Part shown: one piece after another, positions 32,795-45,569 of the stretch
Position numbering within the stretch: the stretch's first letter is position 1
Layout: the number at the start of each line of letters is the position of its first letter
From: Octopus sinensis
Lineage: Eukaryota
Direction: 5' to 3'
Length of the DNA stretch: 64,000 bases
Assembly (NCBI RefSeq): GCF_006345805.1
Contig: NC_043016.1
Span: forward strand, 32,240,001 to 32,304,000
The notes under the pieces: model-generated
What the model saw: the letters and a program-made list of their open reading frames with translations, nothing else
Database searches by the model: none
What the model was told of the DNA's origin: nothing
Translations under genes and position numbers: made by a program

Positions 32795-33815
32795 TAGGTG
32801 TAGGAGTGGCTGTGTGGTAAGTAGCTTGCTAACCAACCACATGGTTGCGGGTTCAGTCCCACTGCGTGGCATCTTGGGCAAGTGTCTTCTACTATAGCCT
32901 CGGGCTGACCAATGCCTTGTGAGTGGATTTGGTAGACAGAAACTGAAAGAAGCCTGTCATATATATGTATATATATATACATGTGTGTATGTATATATGT
33001 ATGTGTGTGTTTGTGTGTCTGTGTTTGTCCCCCTAGCATTGCTTGACAACCGATGCTGGTGTATTTACGTCCCCGTAACTTAGCGGTTCGGCAAAAAGAG
33101 ACTGATAGAATAAGTACTAGGCTTACAAAGAACAAGTCCCGGGGTTGAGTTGCTCGACTAGAGGCGGTGCTCCAGCATAGCCACAGTCAAATGACTGAAA
33201 CAAGTAAAAGAGTAAAGAGTATGTAAATTAAAATCTTGTGTTCTCAAGGCTGCAAATTAATAGCATCGTTAGAGCATTTGATAGAATTCCTTGTGTTATT
33301 TAATTTGGCTCTCATAGTACAGTTCCTGTTGAGGTTAGTTTAACCTTTCATCCTTTCAGAGTCAATAAATAAAAAAAACTAATGATCTATCGGTGCATAT
33401 GTGACTGTGTGGCAAGAAGCTTGTTCCCCAACCACATGGTTCCGAGTTCAGTCCCATTGCGTGTCACCTTGGGTAAGTGTCTTCTACTATAACCTCAGGC
33501 CAATCAAACAAAGCCTTGTGAGTGGATTTACTAGACGGAAACTGAAAGAAGCCCATCGTATATTTGTGTGTGTGTTTGTGTGTGCATTTTTGTGTCTGTG
33601 TTTGTTCCCTGCTCCCACTTTCACTACTTGACCATTGGTGTTGGTGTGTTTGCCTCCTTGTAACTTAGTGGTTTGGCAAAAGAGACCGATAGAATAAGTA
33701 GAAGGCTAACAAAGAATAATTCCTGGGGTCAGTTTGTTTAACTAAAATCCTTCAAGGTGGTGCTCCAGCATGGCCACAGTCAGATGACTGAAACAAGTAA
33801 AAGAATAAAAGAATT
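32795..33815 (+). mobile_element. Two SINE-A copies (32795-33222, 33395-33815)
   Basis: Family head, body and tail. Confidence 0.85.
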
Positions 33816-33864
33816 TATAGTTGTGAGACTTGGACATTGTCCAGGGCCCTAAGGGGGTTACCTA

Positions 33865-34270
33865 AACTCTTTTGGCATGAGGACTGTTCATAGGATTATT
33901 AGCTACTGCTGGCCAGATTTCTTATCCAACCAAGGAGTGTACACAGAAACTGAAAGGAATCCTGTTACTTCTAAGATTCAGGAGTGTCTGCACAGACTGT
34001 TTGGTCATGTTTCTCGATTTTTCTGTGTTGGATCCTGCATATTGTGTTCTCTTCTCTGAGGATCCATTTGGGGTGGCAGTTCATGTTGGTTCGCTACATA
34101 CCACATGGTCATAGGTGGATGAAGTATTTTGCAGAGATGGGAGACTGACCAGGGCATTGCTTGGTGGGGGGATTCCCCGGGATGAGCCAAGAAAATACCA
34201 ACAAATGATGGATGCAGCAATGATGGATGTTGCATTGGCATATGGTCATAGGCAGATGAAGAATTTATAG
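33865..34270 (+). mobile_element. Old RTE-clade LINE 3' fragment
   Basis: RIISYCWPDFLSNQGVY..IQECLHRLFGHVSRF. Confidence 0.6.
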
Positions 34271-35067
34271 TCATCATCATGATCATCATCATTTAATGTC
34301 CGCTTTCCATGCTGGTTATCAAACTGGTAAGATTGTTGAATACAGAAGACTGGAAATGATTGACCATAAAAAGGCTTTACTCTTCTGAGAACAAGTGTAT
34401 GGTATCTTTGTCATTCGCTGTTTTAGTCGGAAACCTTACTGATCAGGAATCAACCATGTTTAAATATCATTCCAAAGCCTCGTTTTCAACTGGTTGGCAT
34501 AGTGATGGAAATAACCGAGTAGTAATAATAACAGTAATTATTACCACATGAAGAATCTTGAACAGGGGTACTGTTCGGAAGGATTTCCCGGGATGACCGA
34601 AGCAAATACTGACAAATGATGGATACAGCAATGTATCTTAGGTGGAATAGCTAGAAGGTTGGGCAAGATGTTTTGTGGGGCCATTTACAGGTATTTGCAT
34701 TCTGATAGCATGGCTCAGAGGTTGGAGCATAGAACATTTTTGTTAATCCATTTGTAAACATACTTTAAGTGAAAATACATCATCCATGAACTCCAGTTAA
34801 TTTTGAAAATGATTATTAAAGTAAGTTTTGGATGAATTTAGAAAAAAAAAAAAAAAATGTAATTTTTTCTTTTATAATTTTAAAAATTTATTTTGTTTGC
34901 TTAAAATTATGAGAGAATGTTTGAGTTCTGATATGGATGCTAGAGAAAGAAATGTTGGAACATTTTAAAGTGAATTCAACTATAGCTCCAGGCCAACCAA
35001 AGCCTTGTGAGGGATTTGGTAGAAGGAAACTGAAAGAAGCCCATCGTATATATGTTGCGTGTGTGTG

Positions 35068-35167
35068 NNNNNNNNNNNNNNNNNNNNNNNNNNNNNNNNN
35101 NNNNNNNNNNNNNNNNNNNNNNNNNNNNNNNNNNNNNNNNNNNNNNNNNNNNNNNNNNNNNNNNNNN
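35068..35167. other. Assembly gap (100 N)
   Basis: Run of N starting in a SINE-A (TG)n tract; contiguity across the gap is not guaranteed. Confidence 1.
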
Positions 35168-35334
35168 ACATTTAAATTTAATTTGTGTCAAAATCTTTGT
35201 GTGCTTTGAAACCACAGACTGTTTCACGATAAAAATATAAATTTAAATGTTGAAGTGAAATTAACAGTTTTTGTGTGTTCTTAAATGGCTTAGAAACATC
35301 TTCCTTGCTGCAATTGTGTATATATATATATATA

Positions 35335-35442
35335 GGGAGAATTCACAAAAAAACAAAAGACAAAGACAGGTGGTGTACACAACAAATAGATGTATTAGTA
35401 TAAAGCTTGGGAAGTGAAAAGTCTTTAACGTTTCGAGCCTAC
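35335..35442 (-). mobile_element. Penelope-like terminal-repeat fragment in a TA tract
   Basis: Minus strand GTAGGCTCGAAACGTTAAAG resembles the 3' half of a minimal hammerhead; 5' half lost at the SINE junction. Confidence 0.4.
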
Positions 35443-35444
35443 CG

Positions 35445-35817
35445 TTGTTTCAGTCATTTGATTGTAGCCATGCTAGAGCACTGCCTTTAGTCGAGCTAAG
35501 TGACCCCAGGACTTATTCTTTGTAAGCCTAGTACTTATTCTATCGGTCTCTTTTGCCAAACCGCTAAGTTACAGGAACGCAAAAACACCACCATCGGTTG
35601 TCAAATGATGCCAGGGGTAAAAACACAGACACACACACATATATATATACATATATACACAGGCTTCTTTCAGTTTCATCTACCAAATCCACTCTCAAGG
35701 CTTTGGTCAGCCCAGGGCTATAGTAGAAGACACTTGCCCAAGGTGCCAAGCAGTGGGTCTGAACCCGGAACTATGTGGTTGGTAAGCAAGCTACTTACCG
35801 CCACAGCCACTCCAGCA

Positions 35818-35820
<3 letters not shown>
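35445..35820 (-). mobile_element. SINE-A
   Basis: Family head, body and tail. Confidence 0.85.
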
Positions 35821-35870
<50 letters not shown>

Positions 35871-37074
35871 CTGAGTGGACAAACAAAAGAAGGGCACTCA
35901 ACACATTTATTGAGAGTTATATGTATGAATCAAAAACAGTTGATTTAAATTCCATGCCACTTAAAGTTTCAAAGCTGTGAGGCTTATCGTCAGGCTGTGG
36001 AAATTCAAATTTCTACTATAGTCATCATGTTGTGAGTTCGAATGGCACTTAGAAGAAAGTTCCCTCTGAGGAGAGTATGTATATGTGGTATTTATAAAGG
36101 GGCATATGATATATATATATATATATATATAATATATTTATATATTCTTTTGACACTCACAGACACACATACACACACACACAAGTACAGTACTCAACCA
36201 TGTAAAAGGCTCTCTCTCATTGACTTGCTTAACTATGATTGCTATTTTTGATTATTAGGCCTTCCCAATTCTCTTCCCTGACACAGGGAAACCCTTCTCT
36301 GTTTTAACAAATTGGATCTTGTTGTTTAACCCCAGATCAAACTGGACTTAGCTAATCCACAACCAAAGATGCTCCATCCATGACCATTTTGTCTTTAAGG
36401 AGTATCCAATGTCTCTTTTCTCTTTATAATATTGTGTATTTCAATAGAAATTTGACTGTTATTTCTAGAAGGCCTGGTGTCCACATAGGGACTTCCATAT
36501 CATTTCAAGTTTGATGCTATCTTTTGTTGAATCTGCAGTTTTTCTGTCAAAGACAAGTTTACAATAACATTTCCATGTTTTCTCTGATTTCCATATTTTT
36601 AATACCACCAAATTAACCGATATTCTGAGGACACTGGAACACTATTTATAAATCCCGTAAGGAGACAACATTATTGCCAAAAGCAATCTTGAATCCTATC
36701 CTCACTTTTTGGAGAACTCAAGATGTTTACAAACATCTCGACTTTTCAAAAAAGGTCAAACCAGTTGTCACATTCAGTTCGTGGCAGTTGATCTTATTAT
36801 TAAATGCAAACAGACATTTCATAAATAATCTATCTGAATAGCTGTGTTTCACTCTGAATAGCTATGGTCATCTTTCAAGGTCAACTTTTGACACACACAC
36901 ATACACACATACACATACACACATGCACAAACATACATTTGCACCAACACACAAGCATGCATTCAATTTGCTTGGTTTATTTCAGTTAAGGAAACTGGAC
37001 AGGGCTGTGAGTAAAATAAATTCCTGATGAGGGTTCTGCTTCCTTACAGTTTACCGATTCTTTTCTCTACTCTT

Positions 37075-37486
37075 ACACTCTTTACTCTTTTACTTGCTTC
37101 AGTCATTTGACTGCAGCCATGCTGGAGCACCGCCTTCAGTTGAACAGATCGACCCCAGGACTTATTCTTTGTAAGCCTGGAACTTATTCCATCGGTCTCT
37201 TTTGCTGAACCGCTAAGTTACGGGGACATAAACACACCAGCATCAGTTGTTAGGTGATATTGGGGGGACAAACACAGACACACAAACATACACACACACA
37301 TATATATACATATACATATATGTGACAGGCTTCTTTCAGTTTCTGTCTACCAAATCCACTCACAAGGATTTGGTCGGCCCAAGGCTATAGTAGAAGACAC
37401 TTGCCTTGGGTGCCACGCAGTGGGACTGAACCCGGAACCATCTGGTTCGTAAGCAAGCTACTTACCACACAGCCACTCCTATGCCT
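37075..37486 (-). mobile_element. SINE-A, full length
   Basis: Family head, body and tail. Confidence 0.9.
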
Positions 37487-38084
37487 CTGCAGAGTATTTT
37501 TTTTATCTATTCTTGTGCTGTATTATCTAGTCCTTTCTTTGAATGGTACTGCTCTTATTTGGAAGAAGTGAACTGGCAGAGTCATTAGATCATCTGACTA
37601 ATATTATTCATCCCACATTGTTGCACCTTAAGTTCAAATCATGCTGGTATCAATTTTGCCTTCCAACCTTTCAGGGAGTTGATAAATAAAGTACGAGTCC
37701 AGTTCATTTTCTGTCTTCTCTCTGTCTCTGTCTGTCTATCTGTCTCACTTTCTGTTTTTTTTCTCTCTCTCACTCTCTCTTTATCTGCCTCTTATTTCTT
37801 TATTGCCCACAAGGGGCTACGCATAGAGGGGACAAACAAGGACAGACAAACAGATTAAGTGTCGATTATATCAACCCCAGTGCATAACTGGTACTTATTT
37901 AATCGATCTCTTATAATTTTCATTTTTCTATACCCAAATATAATGCTATCCCCACCAGTTTTGGTCCTGATGCTTTGTATTTAAATTTCCTGCATAATAC
38001 TCAAGTAAAGGGGATGTTTTCCTCCCCCTAAACACAACCCATACTATAAGTCAAAATCAAAAAAGGATTCACTTATCTTCCTTT

Positions 38085-38945
38085 AGGCGCAGGAGTGGCT
38101 GTGTGGTAAGTAACTTGCTTACCAACCACATGGTTCTGGGTTCAGTCCCACTGCGTAGCACCTTGGGCAAGTGTCTTCTACTATAGCATTGGGCCGACCA
38201 AAGCCTTGTGAGTAGATTTGGTAGACAGAAACTGAAAGAAGCCCATCGTATATATGTATATGTGTGTGTATATGTTCCCCCAACATCGCTTGACAACTAA
38301 TGCTGGTTTGTTTACATCCCCATCACTTAGCGGTTCAGCAAGAGAGACCGATAGGATAAGTACTAGGCTTACAAAGAATAAGTCCTGAGGTCGATTTGCA
38401 TGACTAAAGGTGGTGCTCCAGCATTGCTACAGTCAAATGACTGAAACAAGTAAAAGAATAAAAGAATTTACAAAATCAGTACTTTAGGTTATAGTTATCA
38501 TATGATGGGTGCAGGCATGGCTGTGTGGTAAGAAGCTTGCTTCCCAACCACAGGGTTCTGGGTTCAGTCCCACTGCATGGTACCTTGGCCAAAGTGTATT
38601 CTACTATAACCTGGGGCCAACCAAAGCTTTGTGAGTGGATTTTGTAGACACAAACTCTGTGAGTATGTGTGTGTGTGTGTGTTTGTGTGTGTATGCCTTG
38701 GGGGTAAGTCTGTGTTTGTTCCTACACTACTTGGCAACTGGTGTTGGTTTGCTTATGTCCCCGTCACTTAACAGTTCGGCAAAAGGGAGCAATGGAATAA
38801 GTACGAGGTTTAAAAAGAAAAATGTACTGGGGTAAATTCATTCGACTAAACAAAAACAAAAGAAAAACAACAAAAAAAAATATTCTTCAAAGCAAAGTGC
38901 TCCAGCATGGCTTTAGTCTAACAATTGAAACAAAAGAAAAGATAT
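38085..38945 (+). mobile_element. Two SINE-A copies (38085-38466, 38507-38945)
   Basis: Family head, body and tail. Confidence 0.85.
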
Positions 38946-39397
38946 AAACAAAAGGCAAAAAGCCTTATGTAAATGTAAGTCTCTCTCTCTGTTTAAATAA
39001 GAATATCATTTTCTTACTGTAACTGCAAACCAAACCTATGTTGAATATTTGACCTCTAAGACAGGTTCATAGTTTTAATATAATCAAGATTCTATGTTGT
39101 AAAACACTGAACAACACCCCTCCCCAAAAAAAATCCAACTCCCCTCACGTGCCTCCCCCACCCAATGCCGCCCCTTTCCCTGTGCCGGTGGGGGGGGGGG
39201 ACTTGATTTGTTTTTCTAGCAATGCACCAGCTCCAGAGATATCCTGTTTTAAGTCTTTGAGTCTGTTAGTTTGTTGTGGTAGGCAGATGGAAGGTTGGAA
39301 AGAATGTAAGTAAGGAGGATGTATAGGTTAGAAGAAGACAAGCTGTGCTATAAGATTCTGTTTATCTTGTGCATAATGATGATGGCGATGGCAGAAG

Positions 39398-39452
<55 letters not shown>

Positions 39453-39464
39453 AAACATTGCCAT

Positions 39465-39631
39465 CAGAAGGTACATCGAATACTCCAGAAGGTGCAGGAA
39501 AAATGAGAGACGTTATTTTAGTTCACTTGTAGTGAACAGCTGACACTGTAGAACATCTCCAGCGTTAGAAGCTGTGCAAAGGCAATGATGATAATAACAA
39601 CAACAACAACAACAACAACAATAATAATAAT

Positions 39632-39680
<49 letters not shown>

Positions 39681-40362
39681 GATTGTCTGACGCAGTACCA
39701 GACAGTGACTCTCATGGCTTCTGATTGTTTTACCTTAACCAGTTGACCATGTCCCTTAGTGGCTGATGATATGTGCATCTCTGATCATGAGCAGAAGTAG
39801 TCGGTGGGAGGTGGGGGGCATCATAGCCATGTGTTGAGAGGGATTCTTTGGGGTTTGGATAATTCACCTTTGGAAACATGGGTGTTTTGTTCATCATCCT
39901 TAAACAACCCTTATTCAGGGTGCTTTTGAGCGGGATGATCTACTCAACCAGAAGAAAATTTTAACTGGGCCCCACCTGCAAGGTCATGTGCTGTTTATCT
40001 TGATATGAGATTACCATGTCGCGCACATATGGCTGTGATGCATGTGCCTGGTGTACCCTTATCAGACGGGTAGTCATGATGGGTATATTGGGCTTCGTAT
40101 ATTTTACCCCAGTGTCACTTTGATGGCATGCACTGCTCTCTCACTCAATAATAATAGTAATAATAATAATAATTCGAATACTCCGGAAGGTGCTTTGAAT
40201 ACTCCAGAAGGTACATCGAATACTCCAGAAGGTGCAGGAAAAATGAGAGACGTTATTTTAGTTCACTTGTAGTGAACAGCTGACACTGTAGAACATCTCC
40301 AGCGTTAGAAGCTGTGCAAAGGCAATGATGATAATAACAACAACAACAACAATAATAATAAT

Positions 40363-40402
<40 letters not shown>

Positions 40403-40864
40403 GATGCCCTGACGCAGTACCAGACAGTGGCTCTCATGGCTTCTGATTGTTTTACCTTAACCAGTTGACCATGTCCCTTAGTGGCTGATGATATGTGCAT
40501 CTCTGATCATGAGCAGAAGTAGTCGGTGGGGGGGGGCATCATAGCCATGTGTTGAGAGGGATTCTTTGGGGTTTGGATAATTCACCTTTGGAAACATGGG
40601 TGGTTCTTTCAACATCCTTAAACAACCCTTATTCAGGGAGCTTTTGAGCGGGATGATCTACTCAACCAGAAGAAAATTCTAACTGAGCCCCACCTGCAAG
40701 GTCATGTGCTGTTTATCTTGATATGAGATCACTACATCGCGCACATATGGTTGTGATGCATGTGCCTGGTGTACCCTTATCAGACGGGTAGTCATGATGG
40801 GTATACTGGGCTTCGTATATTTTACCCCAGTGTCACTTTGATGGCATGCACTGCTCTCTCACTC

Positions 40865-40890
<26 letters not shown>
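39465..40890 (+). repeat. Tandem ~730-bp duplication of [Dong-like 3' end + (AAC/AAT)n + element D]
   Basis: Homologous ORFs offset by 740 and 718 bp; both D copies share the same internal deletion. Confidence 0.85.
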
Positions 40891-40899
<9 letters not shown>

Positions 40900-41059
40900 A
40901 GAAGAATATCTGGTAGAGCTCCAACAGAAAGGATTATCAGGAGGGTTCTAAGCACTTGAAAGGTTACTGAAAACTTGTTGATACCTAAGGTTACAGGTAG
41001 TAACCTTAGGTATCCAGATAAATCCTACCAGGAATAAGACCGAACCTGAGCTTTGTTTC

Positions 41060-41365
41060 TCTAATAATAATGATGAACTCTTCCGTCAAAATGACCTATT
41101 AACATTCAGCTTTTGCTGAACAACCTGCACAAATGATTTGTTTAACATGATCAAATGCTTGTGCGGCATATTAGCTCATCCGCTCCATTAAATCGATGTT
41201 GTCTGAAAAGGTTCACGGTATGCCATGCATCAGGTGTTGAAGTTATTGTAGAGTAATGTGAGATGAAGTGTTTTGCTCAATAACACAATGCACCACCCAG
41301 TCTAGGAATTGAAACCACGATCTAGCTATCATGAGTGCAACATCCCTAACCACTAGGCCATGTAC
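41060..41365 (-). mobile_element. SINE-E-like element with a different tail
   Basis: TGGCCTAGTGGTTAGGG..GGTTTCAATTCC..GTGTTATTGAGCAAAACACTT. Confidence 0.65.
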
Positions 41366-42068
41366 CCATTAATGATAATGATGATGATGATGATGATTAT
41401 TATTATTTCTTTATTGCTCACAAAAGTTTAATATCAAGAAAAACATTATGGATGGCACAGGACAAAACATTGAAAGTGTGTGTGTATGTGTGTGTGTGTG
41501 TGTGTGTTGTGAGGATTTTATGCATAAACAATAATGGTGATGATGCTGATGCTGCTAATGATGATGATCCTTTCTTCTGTGCAACCTACGTGGTTGCCAT
41601 GCATTATTATCATCATCCTCATCATCATTTGAAGTTCCTTGTTCTATGCTGGCATGGATCAAATGAGTATGCAACATCCAGCAGATGCAAGAACCGTTCC
41701 ACACTGTACCCCACACAGTCTACTTTGGCATGGTTTCTACAGCTGGATGCCCATCGTAACATAAACCACTTTTTTGTGTGTACTGGTTGCTTTCTTTCAT
41801 GCTATCAGCACTAGTGAGGTGGCCATGTACTTCGCAAGACCCCCCCACCCAAGGGAGATGACTTCATGCATAGTGATGAGTGGGTTAAAGAATGAAAGAA
41901 TGGACCAGAACAGAACAGGTTTCTTGTAGCTGAGGAGCTACGTGGGTATTTACATTTTAAAAGGGAGTCTAGAGTTGATCAGGGCGGAGCTGGGAAGAGA
42001 AATAATAATAGGGGTGACGAGATGTCTAGATCGACCCTCCATCAAGCTTTCAAGTGAGTAGAAGAGAA

Positions 42069-42299
42069 AGGCAGTGAGCTGGTAGAAACAGTAGCATGCT
42101 GGGGGAAATGCTTAGCGGTATTTTGTCTGCCACTACGTTCTAAGTTCAAATTCTGCCAAGGTCGACTTTGCCTTTCATCCTTTCAGGGTAAATAAATTAA
42201 GTTCCAGTTGCGCACTGGGGTTGATGTAATCGACTTAATCCCTTTGTCTGTCCTTCTTTGTCCCCTCTATGTTTAACCCCTTGTGGGCAATAAAGAAAT
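42069..42299 (+). mobile_element. SINE-B monomer with Tx1-like tail
   Basis: Tail CCCCTTGTGGGCAATAAAGAAATA; TSD about GAAGAGAAAGG. Confidence 0.85.
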
Positions 42300-42789
42300 A
42301 TGAAGAGAAAGGGGTCAGTGTTACTGGGATTGTGTGTGGTTTGAGGTTGCAGGAGTGTTTGGAAGAATGAGGGGTCGTGTGTAGACATAAAGAATGAAGA
42401 ACAATTGTTGAAAGATGGATGTAATAAATGGTGGATGAGGGGTGGAGATATGCCCAGCTATGCCTGGGTGATGAAAGGCAGCAGAATAGCAATACTGGTA
42501 CAGTGGACAAAGGAAGGATGAAAGTGAGAGGGAGAGAGAGAGAAGTAGACATAGTGAATGAGGGCAGAGAGTGAGAGATGTATAATGGTAGAGAAGGAGT
42601 AATAATCTGGTGGCTCAGTAGAGTGGTCAATGTAAAATGTGGGCGGAGAGGACAGTATAAGGATGAAGGATTGATATTGAGTGAAATTAATCTGGGATAG
42701 GAGAAAGATTAGTGGTATCAAGGAAAAGCTGCATTTAGAGAAATGATGGGTGATGGAGGTGTCTAGAGGAGGGAATTGAGCAACAAACA

Positions 42790-43375
42790 TGTTCGGAGGG
42801 TCTTTTTACATGCCACTGGCACAGGAGCCAGTCAAGTGGATCTGGCATCGACTATGTTAGTGCTTTCTATGTGTCATCGGCATGGGAGCCAGCCAGAGGG
42901 CACTGGCCCCAGCTACGATACTGGTTTTGCTTGACTCAAAAGGTCTTCTCAAGCATATCATATCACCCAATGCATCAAGAGTACTCTTAACTGGGCCCGA
43001 CATGCGTAGCTGCGATCTCACTTTAGTTGTCAGGTCTTCTCAATCATAGCATATCTCCAAAGGTCCCAGTATCCCGTCATTGCCTCTGTGAGGCCCAATG
43101 TTCGAAGGTCATGCTTCATCACCTCATCCCATGTCTTCCTGGGTCTACCTCTATCACAGGTTCCTTCAACAATTATGGAGCGGCGCTTCCTCACACAGCT
43201 GTCTTCATTCATACATAACACATGGCCATACCAGCACAGTTGCCTCTCTTGCACACCACATTTGATGCTTCTTATGCCCGACATTTTTCTCAGGGTGCTT
43301 ACACTCTGTTGTGTATACACACTGATGTTACACATCCTGCAGATCATACTACCTTTATTTCTTTCAAGCCTATGT
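42790..43375 (-). mobile_element. RTE LINE ORF end running into 3'UTR stem-loop units
   Basis: ERQLCWYGHVLCM..GTCDRGRPRKTWDEVMKHDL..DLWRYAMIEKT, followed by GCCAG-loop-CTGGC / GTGCCAGTGGCATGTAAAA units. Confidence 0.85.
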
Positions 43376-43764
43376 AGTATATATGTGTGTGTGTGCATGA
43401 GTGTGTGTGTACAGGATGAGCCAAAAGTCATGCACAAAACAAGTTCAATACACTCAGGAATTGTCAAAGATATGCTTCAGTTTGTCTAAAATCGAATAAA
43501 ATAAATAAAATAATGATGATTACATATGTACTTGTACATGATGAATAAAATGGATAATAATAATAATAAGAAGAAGTAATGTTTATCACCACTTAAACAT
43601 GGTTGTACTGAGGACCCGATGTTACTGCTATTTCTAACTCCAGGAGGAAGCCTCTTACAGCTGGTTATTCAATGCAATCTGCACCATATGTATATTGCAA
43701 ACAGGGGAGTGAACCCCTATCATCTTCCAGCCACGAGACCACCACAATAGTAATAATAATGATG

Positions 43765-44232
43765 AGTATGAGATCTTGTGGGATTTTACAGTCCAGTGTG
43801 ATTCAGTGACTAATGCTTGGAGACCAGACATTGTTGTAGTAGATTAAATGATGAAGGAAACCAAGATCATAGATATTGCCATGCCTGGGGATGTATGAGT
43901 GAGTGATAAAGACTGGGAAAAGATTGAGAAGTACAAGATGATTGCACGAATGTGGGAAATGAAGAAAGTAACTATCATCCCAGTGGTTGTGGGAGCATTG
44001 GGAATATTAACAACCAGGTTTGGAAAACTTATTTGAGAGATTGGAATTGACATGAGGGTAGGATGTGCTTAGAAAACTGCTTTATTAGAAACAGCAAGGA
44101 TTTTGAGATTAGTACTTGGGTGTTAAGTATTGTGGAAAGAGACCCTGTGAGACCTTTGACAACAGTTTGTTGTATCCTCTTACAGAATTAGCCTGAGCAA
44201 GTGATATCAAGAGCTCTGTGAAGTGAAATGGA
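43765..44232 (+). mobile_element. Third R4/Dong-clade RLE fragment
   Basis: ILWDFTVQCD..RPDIVVVD..IIDIAMP..EKIEKY..IPVVVGALG..TARILR; (TAA)n flanks. Confidence 0.75.
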
Positions 44233-44244
44233 AATAATAATAAT

Positions 44245-45040
44245 AATCCTCTCTACTTTATGCCAAAGACTGAAATTTCAATGACTGCAGCACTCAACTG
44301 GTACTTATTTTATTCTTTTCTACTCAAGGCACAAGGCACAACATTTTTGGGGAGGGGACCAGTTGATGAGATTGACCCCAGAATACAACAGGTACTTAAT
44401 ATATCGACCCCGAAAAGGTGAAAGGCAAAGTCAACCTCAACAGAATTTGAACTCAGAAGGCAGCGAGATGGCAGAAACGTTAGCACGCCGGGCAAAATGC
44501 TTAGCAGTATTTCATCTGCTGTTACGTACTGAGTTCAAATTCCGCCGAGGTCGACTTTGCCTTTCATCCTTTCGGGGTCGATAAATTAAGTACCAGTTAC
44601 GCACTGGGGTCGATATAATTGACTTAATCCTTTTGTCAGTCCTTGTTTGTCCCCTCTGTGTTTAGCATCTTGTGGGCAATAAAGAAATAAGAATTTGAAC
44701 TCAGAATGTAAAGACAGATGAAATACCTATTTCTTTACTACCCACAAGGGGCTAAACACAGAGGGGACAAACAAGGACAGACAAACGGATTAAGTTGATT
44801 ACATCAACCCCAGTGCGTAACTGGTACTTTATTTATCAACCCCGGAAGAATGAAAGGCAAAGTTGACCATGGCGGAATTTGAACTCAGAATGTAACAGCA
44901 GACGAAATACGGCTACACATTTCGCCCGGCGTGCTAACATTTCTGCCAGCTCGCTGCTACCTTAGATACTTATTTTATTGACTCCAACAGGATGAAAGGT
45001 AAAGTCAACCTTGGTGAGAGTTGAACTCAGAACATAAAGA
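44245..45040. mobile_element. Nest of SINE-B copies (four or more layers)
   Basis: Plus-strand copy 44459-44689 bounded by the 17-bp TSD AGAATTTGAACTCAGAA inside a minus-strand dimer, which lies inside another SINE-B. Confidence 0.8.
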
Positions 45041-45569
45041 CTTACATGATGCTGCATTGTATATAAAGTACAGCCATAGACCATGGAGTTAATGAGATAG
45101 ATTAGCATTGTGTAAATGGAGTATGTAGAATGGCATGGCGGTGGTGAAGATGGAGGTAAGGAATATCAAATTCTGGAAATGTTTTGTGGAAAGATTGAAG
45201 AAAGAGCAGAGGAATGAAAAGAAAGATGGTAAGTTAAAGTCAGGCTGGTAGATAGACAGAAGACAGATTGATAAGCAGTGACTAGTAAATAAAGAGAAAA
45301 ACAAAAATAAAGAAATCTTAGAAAGTATGTAAAAAAATAAGAAAAACAAAAGGGATTTAGAGATTCAGGTAGTGATACAGACAGACAGATATGAGGCAAT
45401 AATAGGTGAACAGGTAAGAAAAAGGAAATAACGATGGAAGAAGATAGGATTATAGAGAGGAAGAGACAAAAAGAATTAGAGCAAAATTTAGAAAGACAAA
45501 GACAAAAAAAAAGAAAAAAACTTACGACTAAATTATAAAAAAAATAATTGGACAAAAATAAAGAAAATA

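Noticed and set aside
39760-39805. CTGATGA in element D (and at 37024) as a hammerhead core
   Set aside because: No stem II followed by GAAA at the required position
42300-42790. Purine-rich segment with minus-strand ORFs (110-131 aa), possibly a decayed Penelope RT
   Set aside because: Only a vague PLD.SI resemblance; too degraded to call without a profile search
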